From NCBI GenBank assembly GCA_964389135.1, contig CAYMDA010000003.1, positions 105,206 to 169,205 on the forward strand: a stretch of DNA of 64,000 nt, written 5' to 3'. The DNA is from an uncultured Verrucomicrobiota bacterium. GTDB lineage: Bacteria; Verrucomicrobiota; Verrucomicrobiia; Limisphaerales; CAIMTB01. The notes beneath the pieces were generated by a model, which did not search any database, was not told the DNA's origin, and saw only the letters and a program-made list of their open reading frames with translations. How positions within the stretch are numbered: the stretch's first letter is position 1; every line of letters begins with the position of its first letter. The translations under genes were made by a program, and so were the position numbers. Shown one piece after another: positions 34,023 to 42,798 of the stretch.

Positions 34023-34913
34023 TCAGAGGGACTCGCCCGTAAGCATCTCGTACGCCTCGATATAGCGCGCCCGCGTGCGGGCGACGACGTCCGGGGGGAG
34101 CGCCGGCGCCGGCGGCGTCTTGTCCCAGTCCAGCGTGAGCAGGTAGTCCCGGACGTACTGCTTGTCGAAGCTCGGCTGGCCGCGTCCGGGCTGGTAGCGA
34201 TCGGCCGGCCAGAACCTCGAAGAATCCGGGGTGAGCACCTCGTCGATCAGCAGCAGCTCGCCGTCACACAGTCCGAACTCGAACTTGGTGTCGGCGATGA
34301 TGATTCCCCGGTCCCGGGCGTAGGCGCGGGCGGAATCATACAGCCGGAGGCTGAGGGCGCGGACGCGCTCCGCCGTGGCGCGCCCCACGATCTCGCACGC
34401 GCGCTCGAAGGGGATGTTCTCGTCATGTCCGGACTCGGCCTTCGTCGCGGGCGTGAAGATGGGCTCGGGCAGCTCCGAGGATTCCTGCAGCCCCATTGGA
34501 AGCGGGATGCCGCAAGCGGTGCGGTGGCGCTGGTATTCCGTCCATGCGGACCCCGCGAGATAACCGCGGACGACACACTCGATCGGGAGGGGCTGCGCCT
34601 TGCGAACGAGCATGCTCCGGCGGCCGAGGGGCTCGGCGTGCGCGCGAAGCGCGTCCGGCCATCCGGCCGGATCCCGCGTCACGAGGTGATTCGGGACAAT
34701 CCCGCCGAGTTTCTCGAACCAGAAGAATGAAAGCTGGGTGAGCACCTCGCCCTTCCGCGGGATGCCATTGGGCAGGATGCAGTCGAAGGCGGAGATGCGA
34801 TCGGTGGCGACGATGAGCAGGGCCGGGCCCGCGTCGAAAACCTCGCGGACCTTGCCGCTTCGGAGCTTCGGCACGCCCGGGATTTCGACCTCCATCAGAG
34901 GCGAATCAGTCAT
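34023..34913 (-). CDS. purC: phosphoribosylaminoimidazole-succinocarboxamide synthase (SAICAR synthetase)
   Basis: [29 protein letters not shown] and [12 protein letters not shown] are hallmark PurC stretches. Confidence 0.9.
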   Translation of the reverse strand: MTDSPLMEVEIPGVPKLRSGKVREVFDAGPALLIVATDRISAFDCILPNGIPRKGEVLTQLSFFWFEKLGGIVPNHLVTRDPAGWPDALRAHAEPLGRRSMLVRKAQPLPIECVVRGYLAGSAWTEYQRHRTACGIPLPMGLQESSELPEPIFTPATKAESGHDENIPFERACEIVGRATAERVRALSLRLYDSARAYARDRGIIIADTKFEFGLCDGELLLIDEVLTPDSSRFWPADRYQPGRGQPSFDKQYVRDYLLTLDWDKTPPAPALPPDVVARTRARYIEAYEMLTGESL

Positions 34914-35055
34914 GGAAGGAAGCTAGAGCGTGGCGGCGCGCGTGGCGATTTCCTTCGTGGCGCCCCCCGGGGGACACCGGATTCCGCCGCCGCACGGGCG
35001 GATTTTGAGTTCCCGCCGCGCCCCGGACAACGGCACATTGCGAAGCGTGGACGAC

Positions 35056-35250
35056 ATGCAGGAAACCCCGCCGGCGCCCGGGCGTCCGCCACGATTCGGG
35101 CGGTTCCTTGCCATCGCGGTGGCCGCCTTTTTCCTGATGGTGATCCTCGGCGTCGTGTGGGTTTGGCGGCGTGCCGAACGCGAGGAGCGCTGGCGGCAGC
35201 GCGACGCGGAGTTCTTCGTCCCCGTGCGCACCAACGCGCAGCCGCGGTGA
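35056..35250 (+). CDS. small single-pass membrane protein (hypothetical)
   Basis: MQETPPAPGRPPRFGR, then TM helix FLAIAVAAFFLMVILGVVWVW, then a basic tail. G/C-rich third positions. No homology recognised. Start set at the internal ATG of the 106-aa track ORF. Confidence 0.4.
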   Translation: MQETPPAPGRPPRFGRFLAIAVAAFFLMVILGVVWVWRRAEREERWRQRDAEFFVPVRTNAQPR

Positions 35251-35265
35251 CGCACCCCGCCCTCT

Positions 35266-37758
35266 TCACTCACCGAGCAGGCGGCGGCGGAGGTCATCAG
35301 GGATGTCGGGCGCTCGGAGCCGCTCCTCCGCCGCGCCGCGATCCCTGAGCATCCAGAGCCGTGCCGCGGCTTCAATCAGCTCGGCGCGCCGCGCATCGCT
35401 GGCCACCTCGACGGCGGTCCTCAGGGCGAGTTCGGGGTCCTGAAGGGCGACGGCATGCACGTAGGTCTGGACGGCTTCGTCGCGCACGAAGCCCGCCGGA
35501 AGCGTGGCGAGCCACTCCGCGCCGGACACGTGATCGTGCTGCGCCCATGCGCCGGCGATCTGCTGCCATGCCGCGCCCAGGCTGCCGGGATCGTCCGAGA
35601 GGAGGGCCGTCCACTCGGCGGCACCGGCCGGATCCGAACCGGCGCCCGATTCGATCGCCGAGAGAACCAGCGCGTCGCGGGCGGCGCCGGGCGGCTGTTC
35701 GCCCAGGAACGAAGCCGCCGCGGCGGGGTCCTGCTGCGTCCATGCCCCCACCACCGAGTTCATCGCCTGCTGCCGCAGCTCGGGGTCCGTGAAGTCGCTG
35801 GCCCAGGCCAGCGCCTCCCCCGGGTCCTGGCGGGCCCACGCATGAACCACGTTCAGGGCCGCGCGGTCCTGGGACTCGCCGGCCGGGAGGGATGCCACGA
35901 ACGTGGCGGCCTGCACCGGATCGACGTTCGCCCATTGCTCCACCACCGTGCCGAGGACGACCCCGCGCTCCGCCGGATCGGCGAGCGACACGGCCCACTC
36001 CGCGGCGGCGTCCGGTTCGTGCCGGGACCAGGCGGCAACGGCCCGCGACACCACCTGCTCCCGCAGCGGACCCGCGAGGGAGTCGGCGTACTCGAGCGCG
36101 CGCCTGGGATCGCTCCCCGCCCAGATGTCGGAAACGGCAGTCACGGCGCTCCTCTTGAGTTCTCCCTCGGGAAGATCCCTCGCCCATGCGATGGCTCCCT
36201 CGACATCGACCGCGGCCGAGCCTTCCGCCAACTGGTAATGAAGCCCGTTCTGGTGGACCACGCCCGAGGGAAGTTCCTCGATGAACGCGGCCGCCGCCGC
36301 GGGATCGGATCGTGCCAGCTCGTAGATGACGCCCGAGGAAGCGACGGAGGCGCGCATGGAGACGGGCAGGTCACGGCAGAGTTCAAGGGCCCGAAGGGGA
36401 TCGGTCGTCGCGACCTGCCGCGCGACCGCGGAAAGGGCGTTGCGCCGCGCCGATTCCCCGTCCACCTCTTGGGCGTAACGCAGCGCCGCATCCGGATCCG
36501 CGCCGGCGATGATCGTGATGACACTCTGGAACGCCGTGTCGCGGTCGCGGCTGGCGGGGAGCTGCCGCGCCCACTCCATCGCGGCGGCAGGATCCTGCTC
36601 CGCCCATCGATTCGCGATCATGGACGTCATGTAGCCGCGGGCATTCGGAGGCAGCGAATCGAGGCGCTGCATCGCGCCCTCGCGATCCTCGCTCACCCAC
36701 ATCCAGCCGATCGTCTGGACCGCGGCCTCGATGTCCGCGGGGGATTTCATGCGTCCAAGCTGCTCGACCGCCGCAGGAAGGTTGGATTCCGCCAGCGTCG
36801 CCATGACCTGGTGGAGCACCATGTGGCGCCCCTGTCCCGTGAACGACGTCTCCGCGAGCTGAAACGCGCGCGCGGGATCCTCCAGCGCGATCGTCGCGAC
36901 CACTCCGGCCATGGCCGCCTGCCGGGCCGTGTTCGCCGGGACCCGCCCGGCCCACTCGAGGGCGGCGTCCGGATCGGTGCGCGCCCATGCCGCCGCCACG
37001 TCCCTCCATGTGTTGTCGTACACCGACGTGCCACCTGCCGACAGCGCCGCGGCGGCGCCCGCCGGGTCCACGCCGGCCCACGAACCGATCAGCCCGGAGG
37101 CAATGCCGCGATCGCGCAGAAGCCCCTCGTCGGATGCGATCCCGATGGCGCGCGGCGGATCCAGCGTCACGAGCCGGGGAAGAATTGCCCCCAGCACGCT
37201 GCGGCTGAGCACCCCCGGCGGAAGGGTTCGCTGCCATTCGAGTGCGGCCTCGGGATCGCCTTGCGCCCACACGTACACGATGTGCAGCACGGCCTGGTCC
37301 CGCAGGTATCGCCTGCCCTGCATCGCGTACTCGATGGCCCCGACGGGATCGAGCTCGGCCCACCGTGAGAGGATCGCCTGCTCGAGTCCGTCGCGCTGGT
37401 ATCGCAGGCCCGGCGCCTCGAGCAGTTCCAGCGCCTCGGGGATCTCGGCAAGCGCGAGCCGCGCAACCGCGCGGTTCCAGCGGCCCATCCACGGCTGGAT
37501 GTCGCTCCGCGCCGCGATCTCGCGAAGCTCCGAAAGCGCGCCCTGCGCCCGGTCGTCCGCTGCAGCGTTTCCCGCGGAACGGAATGCGCGCGCGGCCGCG
37601 CCCGGCGGCGGCGCTGTGCCGGATGCTCCCCGGGATGCCGTCTCGGGGACGCCTGCGGGCAGGCGTGACACCCGCGACAGACGGGAGATGCCGGCTCCCC
37701 CGAGCAGCACGCCGAGGAGGAAAACCGCCACGAGGACCAGCAGGGTGGAGCGTCTCAT
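35266..37758 (-). CDS. membrane-anchored alpha-helical repeat protein (about 22 copies of a 32-residue repeat)
   Basis: N-terminal anchor MRRSTLLVLVAVFLLGVLLGG, then a repeated unit of the form hh..WA..DP..A..W...LP......A.... The first 307 aa of the 1137-aa track ORF overlap the upstream GH144-like gene out of frame and look non-coding, so the start is set at ATG 37758. Confidence 0.75.
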   Translation of the reverse strand: MRRSTLLVLVAVFLLGVLLGGAGISRLSRVSRLPAGVPETASRGASGTAPPPGAAARAFRSAGNAAADDRAQGALSELREIAARSDIQPWMGRWNRAVARLALAEIPEALELLEAPGLRYQRDGLEQAILSRWAELDPVGAIEYAMQGRRYLRDQAVLHIVYVWAQGDPEAALEWQRTLPPGVLSRSVLGAILPRLVTLDPPRAIGIASDEGLLRDRGIASGLIGSWAGVDPAGAAAALSAGGTSVYDNTWRDVAAAWARTDPDAALEWAGRVPANTARQAAMAGVVATIALEDPARAFQLAETSFTGQGRHMVLHQVMATLAESNLPAAVEQLGRMKSPADIEAAVQTIGWMWVSEDREGAMQRLDSLPPNARGYMTSMIANRWAEQDPAAAMEWARQLPASRDRDTAFQSVITIIAGADPDAALRYAQEVDGESARRNALSAVARQVATTDPLRALELCRDLPVSMRASVASSGVIYELARSDPAAAAAFIEELPSGVVHQNGLHYQLAEGSAAVDVEGAIAWARDLPEGELKRSAVTAVSDIWAGSDPRRALEYADSLAGPLREQVVSRAVAAWSRHEPDAAAEWAVSLADPAERGVVLGTVVEQWANVDPVQAATFVASLPAGESQDRAALNVVHAWARQDPGEALAWASDFTDPELRQQAMNSVVGAWTQQDPAAAASFLGEQPPGAARDALVLSAIESGAGSDPAGAAEWTALLSDDPGSLGAAWQQIAGAWAQHDHVSGAEWLATLPAGFVRDEAVQTYVHAVALQDPELALRTAVEVASDARRAELIEAAARLWMLRDRGAAEERLRAPDIPDDLRRRLLGE
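35269..37377 (-). repeat. intragenic array of about 22 degenerate 96-nt (32-codon) repeats
   Basis: Examples: IVYVWAQGDPEAALEWQRTLPPGVLSRSVLGA, VAAAWARTDPDAALEWAGRVPANTARQAAMAG, IANRWAEQDPAAAMEWARQLPASRDRDTAFQS, VVHAWARQDPGEALAWASDFTDPELRQQAMNS, IAGAWAQHDHVSGAEWLATLPAGFVRDEAVQT. Confidence 0.8.
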
Positions 37759-37862
37759 GATCGCGCGGTCAGGGGTGCTCGGGGGCGGACCATCGGAAGA
37801 CCAGGTCTGCCGGGGGGCTTCGAGCGAGGTTCGAATGCCATGATGCAACGGGTGAGCGGCGG

Positions 37863-39164
37863 CTATCCCCTGGCGATGGCCATGGCGGCCGGCACCTCCG
37901 GGTTCGCCCCGAACGCGCGCCAGACGAACCCGGAACGCACATTCTCCGCCATCAGGAGCGTGATGCCCAGGTCGATCCCGATCACGTCCGGGTTCACCCA
38001 GCCGGTGTGCGGGTTGAAGGCGTCCACGAATCCAAAGCGCTTCCAGATCTCCGGACCGTACCGCTCCCGCTGATGCCGGAGCGTCCGAAGGCAGGCCGCC
38101 GGTTCGAAGGGCAGCGAACCGGCGGCGGCGCACGGCACGATCGTGCCATCGAGCGGTCCGGACGCCGGAGGTCCGCCCCAGGCCACATATCCGCGCGCCG
38201 AATCGCTCGAGGTCACGCCCCAGAGATCCGGCGACCAGAGCGGAAACCGGTGGCTTTCCGAGGCGCACCAGCGGATGTGCGCGCGCGTGGCGGCGGCCGA
38301 GTTCGCGAACCAGTCCACGCCCGCGTCGTTCCACCCGCGGAAGTCGAACCACGCGTGCGAGAACTGGTGCACGAAAAGGGGCGCGGGCGACCAGACGTGG
38401 CGCTCGCCGAAATGCTCGCGCACCGGGCGGGCCCACGCGCGCCATGCGTCCGCGGGGATGGGATGCGTGGGGGAACCCATCGCGAGCAGCACCAGCATCA
38501 TCAGCTCGCAGTAGTGATCCCAGCGACTCTCGAGGAATCCGCTCTCCGGTTTCCAACCCATGCAGAGGGTCTGGCCGCCGTTCAGCATCCATGGCCACTC
38601 GACCCGATGGTAGAGCCGCTCCGCGAGCGATCGGATCTCCGCGTCCTCGAAGTGCCCGCGGCAGGTCAGCGCGCCGCACAGCAGGATCGCCGTGTCGATG
38701 GACGAAAGCTCGCAGTTCCAGACGCGCCCGCCGGTCTCCCAGTCGTGGAAGTGGAAGAAGAATCCCCGGACATGCTCCATGTCGTGCAGATGGCGCAGCG
38801 TCCGCCGCACCCGGGTCACGATCTCCCCGTCCGGCGCCCAGCCCCGCGCGTGACCGATGGCGAGGGCCGCGAGCCCGAAACCGGTCGCGGCGATGCTGGC
38901 GACGCGGCGTGATTCCGGCGATCCATCGGCGAGACGCCGGTCGAGCACATGGCCCGTGACCGGGTGCGCCGCCTCGACGAAGTAACGGAACGCGGCCCGG
39001 GAGAGGTCATCGAGGAACGCATCGTCCTCCCCGGCGGGCGGGACGACAGGCGGGAGCCCGCTCTCGACGGGCCGGGTCTCCGTGCGCCGATGGCGGGCGC
39101 CGCACGCCAGCAGTCCTCCGGAAACGGCGCCCATGGCGCCGTGCAGGAATTGGCGGCGGTTCAT
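37863..39164 (-). CDS. glucoamylase-family / GH144-like (endo-beta-1,2-glucanase-like) protein
   Basis: Tat/lipoprotein-like start MNRRQFLHGAMGAVSGGLLACG. Stretches IAATGFGLAAL, FFHFHDWETG, ELSSIDTAILLCG, GFVDAFNP and GIDLGITLLMAEN match my memory of the PF10091/GH144 family. Start set at the internal ATG 39164. Confidence 0.7.
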   Translation of the reverse strand: MNRRQFLHGAMGAVSGGLLACGARHRRTETRPVESGLPPVVPPAGEDDAFLDDLSRAAFRYFVEAAHPVTGHVLDRRLADGSPESRRVASIAATGFGLAALAIGHARGWAPDGEIVTRVRRTLRHLHDMEHVRGFFFHFHDWETGGRVWNCELSSIDTAILLCGALTCRGHFEDAEIRSLAERLYHRVEWPWMLNGGQTLCMGWKPESGFLESRWDHYCELMMLVLLAMGSPTHPIPADAWRAWARPVREHFGERHVWSPAPLFVHQFSHAWFDFRGWNDAGVDWFANSAAATRAHIRWCASESHRFPLWSPDLWGVTSSDSARGYVAWGGPPASGPLDGTIVPCAAAGSLPFEPAACLRTLRHQRERYGPEIWKRFGFVDAFNPHTGWVNPDVIGIDLGITLLMAENVRSGFVWRAFGANPEVPAAMAIARG

Positions 39165-39210
39165 CGGATTGCAGCCCGGTGGATGTCCCTGCCCCGTCTG
39201 GATCGGGATC

Positions 39211-39861
39211 TCAGGCGGGGCGAACCGCGCGCACGGTCTCCATGAACTCGGTTGCGCGCCGGGTGAGCTCCGCCCAGTCGGCGGACTTGAGGATGTCGGA
39301 CGAGAGAAGCGACGAGCCGATCCCGAGCGCGGCGCAGCCGGCGTTGAGAAAGTCGGCCGCGTTGGAGCGGTCGATGCCGCCCGTCGGAACGAGGCGCAGG
39401 TGCGGGAGCGGCGCGCGGAGCGCACGGATGTAGCCGGGGCCGAGGCCGTCCGCGGGAAAGAGCTTCACGAAATCCGCCCCTGCCTCGTAGGCGAGCTGGC
39501 ATTCCGTGGGAGTGTACGCGCCAAGCATCACGGGCACGCCCGCGGCGTGGCAGAGCGGGACCATGGACTCGCGCAGCACGGGACTGACGACGAACTCCGC
39601 GCCGGCATCGAGCGCGGCCCGGCAGGTGATGTTCTGCAGGACGGTTCCCACGCCGATCATCGCGCGGCCGCCGAGGGCGGCGCGGGCGTCGCGGATGGCG
39701 TTCACCGCGTCGGGAGTGCTCGTGGTGATCTCGATCGCGACCCAGCCGCCGGCCACGAGGGCCTCGGCCAGCGGCACCACCATGTCGCGGCGGGGAGCGC
39801 GCACCACCGCGATGAGGGTCGCATCAAGCAGACGCTGGACTCGTTTCTGGATGTCGCTCAT
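39211..39861 (-). CDS. eda: 2-dehydro-3-deoxyphosphogluconate / 4-hydroxy-2-oxoglutarate aldolase
   Basis: LIAVVR, VAIEITTSTPDA, GVGTVL, FVVSP, and FVKLFPA (Schiff-base Lys context) are typical of Eda. Confidence 0.85.
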   Translation of the reverse strand: MSDIQKRVQRLLDATLIAVVRAPRRDMVVPLAEALVAGGWVAIEITTSTPDAVNAIRDARAALGGRAMIGVGTVLQNITCRAALDAGAEFVVSPVLRESMVPLCHAAGVPVMLGAYTPTECQLAYEAGADFVKLFPADGLGPGYIRALRAPLPHLRLVPTGGIDRSNAADFLNAGCAALGIGSSLLSSDILKSADWAELTRRATEFMETVRAVRPA

Positions 39862-41233
39862 GGCGGGAGGTCCTGGAACACCCGGCGGCGCCGGGAGGTG
39901 ATTCCGACCCGGGATCCTGCTCTCGACGATAGGCCTCGGCCAGCAGCGTGACGGGGTGGACGACCCGGAGCCGCATCCCGGACGCGGCGGCGCCGTTGAG
40001 CAACTGCAGCAGGCAGCCCGGATTCGCCGTGGCGACCACTTCCGCGCCGGTGGAACGGATGTGCCCGAGCTTGCGCTCGAGCAGCTGCGCGGCCATCTCC
40101 GGCTGGGTGATGCTGTACACGCCCGCGCTGCCGCAGCACCAGTTCGCCTCGGGCAGCTCCACCAGTTCGATCCCCGGGATCGCCTGGAGCAACTGGCGCG
40201 GCTGCAAGACCACCTTCTGGCCGTGGGTCAGGTGGCAGGACTCGTGATACGTCACTCGTGCGGGTGGCGTCGGGGTGGCCGCCGGCGTCTCGATTCCGTG
40301 CGGGACCAGGAACTCGTGGATGTCCTTCAGCCTGTGGTCCCACAGCTCCGCGCGGTCGCGGTAGGCGGGGTCGTCCGCGAGCAGCCTGGCATAGTGCTTG
40401 AGGTGGGAACCGCACCCGCCCGCGTTGGAGATGATGGCGTCGAAGTTCTCCGGCGGCAGGAGATCGATCATGCGGCGCGCGAGCTCCTGGGCGAGGCTCC
40501 ATTCGCCGTTGTGCGCATGGAGGGAGCCGCAGCACGGCTGGTCGGGCGGCGTGTGAACCTCGCAGCCATTGCGGGCGAGCACCTCCACCGTGTCCCGGTT
40601 GACGTCGCTGAAGATCAGATCCTGCGCGCAGCCCGTGAGCACCGCCACGCGGGCGCGCCGCGGCCCGTGCGGCGGCGTGACCCGCGCGATCCGTTCGCTG
40701 GAGAACGCCGGCTGGATGGGCGGCATCATCCCCTCGAGGTGGCGCAGGCGTCTCGGGAGCAGCCGGAACAGCCCGGCGCGGCGGAGCACGCCATGAATCC
40801 CGAGGTCCTGGTACCAGCGGAGCGCACGGCCGAACGCCGTCAGCCGGCGGTGGTCCATGAACAGCCAGCGAAGCGTGAACGCGCGGATCAGGCTGCGACT
40901 CGGCGAGTCGAGCAGGCCGCGCGCCTCGACCTCCGCCCGGGCGCGCTCGAACAGCTCGGCGTAGTTGACCCCCGCCGGGCAGGCGGTCATGCACGCAAGG
41001 CACCCGAGGCAGAAGTACATCTCCTCGGCGAAACTCCGGCCGGGTTCGATCTCGTCGTCGGCGATGGCGCGCATCAGCGCGATGCGGCCGCGCGGGCTGC
41101 TGCGCTCGAGCCGTGTCGCGTCGTAGGTCGGACACGTGGGCAGGCACATGCCGCAGTGCATGCACTGCTGCACCACCGAGTAATCGAGGCTCTTGAGGTG
41201 CGAGCCGGCCACGAGTCCGGCGGCGGCATTCAT
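39824..41233 (-). CDS. glcF: glycolate oxidase iron-sulfur subunit-like (Fe-S)-binding protein
   Basis: Two ferredoxin-type clusters CMHCGMCLPTCP and CLGCLACMTACP, plus two CCG domains (PCCGS, WCCGSAG). The 3' end overlaps the eda start by 38 nt. Confidence 0.85.
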   Translation of the reverse strand: MNAAAGLVAGSHLKSLDYSVVQQCMHCGMCLPTCPTYDATRLERSSPRGRIALMRAIADDEIEPGRSFAEEMYFCLGCLACMTACPAGVNYAELFERARAEVEARGLLDSPSRSLIRAFTLRWLFMDHRRLTAFGRALRWYQDLGIHGVLRRAGLFRLLPRRLRHLEGMMPPIQPAFSSERIARVTPPHGPRRARVAVLTGCAQDLIFSDVNRDTVEVLARNGCEVHTPPDQPCCGSLHAHNGEWSLAQELARRMIDLLPPENFDAIISNAGGCGSHLKHYARLLADDPAYRDRAELWDHRLKDIHEFLVPHGIETPAATPTPPARVTYHESCHLTHGQKVVLQPRQLLQAIPGIELVELPEANWCCGSAGVYSITQPEMAAQLLERKLGHIRSTGAEVVATANPGCLLQLLNGAAASGMRLRVVHPVTLLAEAYRREQDPGSESPPGAAGCSRTSRHERHPETSPASA

Positions 41234-41306
41234 GAGAGAACCCGCGCGGTGCGGGCGGCGGACCGGCCGGCGGGCGTCGGGCCCGGGTGAGACTTCAATC
41301 CACGGT

Positions 41307-42698
41307 TCATCGGGTCACGTCGAACATCTTTCCAGGATTCAGAATGCCATTGGGATCCAGCGCGGCGCGGAACTCGCGCATGACACGCATGGCGGCGTTG
41401 CCTGCAAACCTGGGGAGGAACTCCTTCTTGGCAACGCCGACACCATGCTCGCCGGTGATGGTGCCGCCGAGCCGGATGGCTTCGTCGAAGATCTCGCGGA
41501 ACGCGAGGTGAACGCGCCGCATCTCGTCCTCGTTCCGTTCGTCGGTGAGGAAAGTCGGGTGCAGGTTGCCGTCGCCCATGTGGCCGAACGTCCCGATGCG
41601 AAGCTGGTACCGTCGGGCGACGTCCTCGACGAACCGGATCATCTCGGGGAGCGCGCTGCGGGGAACCGTGGCGTCCTCGAGGATGGTCGTCGGCGCCACA
41701 CGCGCGAGGGCGGAGAACGCGGCACGCCGGGCGCTCGCGAGGCGCGTCGCCTCGGCCTCGTCGGCGGCGATCCGGACCTCGAGCGCCCCGTTGCGGCGCG
41801 CCAGCGAATCCATCAGCTCCGCCTCCTCCGCGACCGCTGCGGGGTGTCCGTCGGTTTCCATGAGGAGGAGCGCCTCGCAATCCAGCGGCAGCCCGATCTT
41901 CGCGTACTCCTCCACGCAGCGGATGGTCGTGCGGTCGAGGAACTCGAGTGTGCACGGAATGACGCGCGCCGCGATGATGTCGGCGACCGTCTGGGCGGCG
42001 CGATCCATGCGGTCGTAGGTGGCGACGAGCGTCTTCTTGGCGGCAGGCTTCGGGACAAGGCGCAGCAGCACCCGCGTGATGACGCCGAGGGTTCCTTCCG
42101 AGCCGATGAACAGGTCCCGGAGGGAGTAGCCGGCGACATCCTTCACGCACTTGTTGCCCGTCCAGAGGATCTCGCCGTCGGGCAGGACGACCTCGAGCCC
42201 CATCACGTAGTTGCGCGTGATGCCGTACTTGAGGCCGCGCAGGCCGCCCGAGTTCTCCGCGACGTTCCCCCCGATCGTGGAGATCTTCATGGACCCCGGG
42301 TCGGGCGGATAGAACAGGCCGGCCGCCGCCGCGGCCTCGGCGATCGCGAGGGTGGTGGCGCCCGCCTCGGCAAGCAGCGTCAGGTTGGCGGCGTCCACCT
42401 CGAGGATGCGGTTCATCTGCACGAGGCAGAGCACGAGGCAGTCCGCGCTCGGCAGGCTGCCGCCGCTGAGGCCCGTGCCCGATCCGCGGGTGACCACGGG
42501 GATGCGGTGTTCGTTCGCGAGCCGGAGCACCCGCGAGACGTCCTCCGCGCTGCGGGCGAACGCGACGGCCCCGGGCATCTGGCGGAGCGCGGCGGTGCCG
42601 TCGAAGGAATACGGGATGAGATCCTCGGGGGCGGTCAGAAGACCACCCTGGCCGAGAATCTCGCGAAGAGAGCCGAGGAGCGCGGTGCTGAGCGGCAT
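41307..42698 (-). CDS. glcD: FAD-linked oxidase, glycolate oxidase subunit GlcD-like
   Basis: FAD_binding_4 pattern (IPVVTRGSGTGLSGGS) and C-terminal GGTITGEHGVGVAK, typical of the GlcD/D-lactate dehydrogenase family. Confidence 0.85.
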   Translation of the reverse strand: MPLSTALLGSLREILGQGGLLTAPEDLIPYSFDGTAALRQMPGAVAFARSAEDVSRVLRLANEHRIPVVTRGSGTGLSGGSLPSADCLVLCLVQMNRILEVDAANLTLLAEAGATTLAIAEAAAAAGLFYPPDPGSMKISTIGGNVAENSGGLRGLKYGITRNYVMGLEVVLPDGEILWTGNKCVKDVAGYSLRDLFIGSEGTLGVITRVLLRLVPKPAAKKTLVATYDRMDRAAQTVADIIAARVIPCTLEFLDRTTIRCVEEYAKIGLPLDCEALLLMETDGHPAAVAEEAELMDSLARRNGALEVRIAADEAEATRLASARRAAFSALARVAPTTILEDATVPRSALPEMIRFVEDVARRYQLRIGTFGHMGDGNLHPTFLTDERNEDEMRRVHLAFREIFDEAIRLGGTITGEHGVGVAKKEFLPRFAGNAAMRVMREFRAALDPNGILNPGKMFDVTR

Positions 42699-42761
42699 GA
42701 CGGTTCGGACCGGATCACCTTCGATGGCCGCGGGTCACGGGTCAAGGCGGCGGCGCGGTCC

Positions 42762-42787
42762 GCGGGGGACCGGCGGCGTTCCCCCGC
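42762..42787 (-). terminator. GC hairpin downstream of the TonB-dependent receptor gene
   Basis: GCGGGGGA (42762-42769) / 10-nt loop / TCCCCCGC (42780-42787), 11 nt after the stop at 42799. No clear U-tract. Confidence 0.3.
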
Positions 42788-42798
42788 CCTTGCCTCGC

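Noticed and set aside
37759-38679. N-terminal 307 aa of the 1137-aa ORF 35266..38679
   Set aside because: This part overlaps the well-supported GH144-like gene on the same strand in another frame and is Arg/Gly/Pro-rich. A clean ATG followed by a TM anchor (MRRSTLLVLV) at 37758 gives a sensible start.
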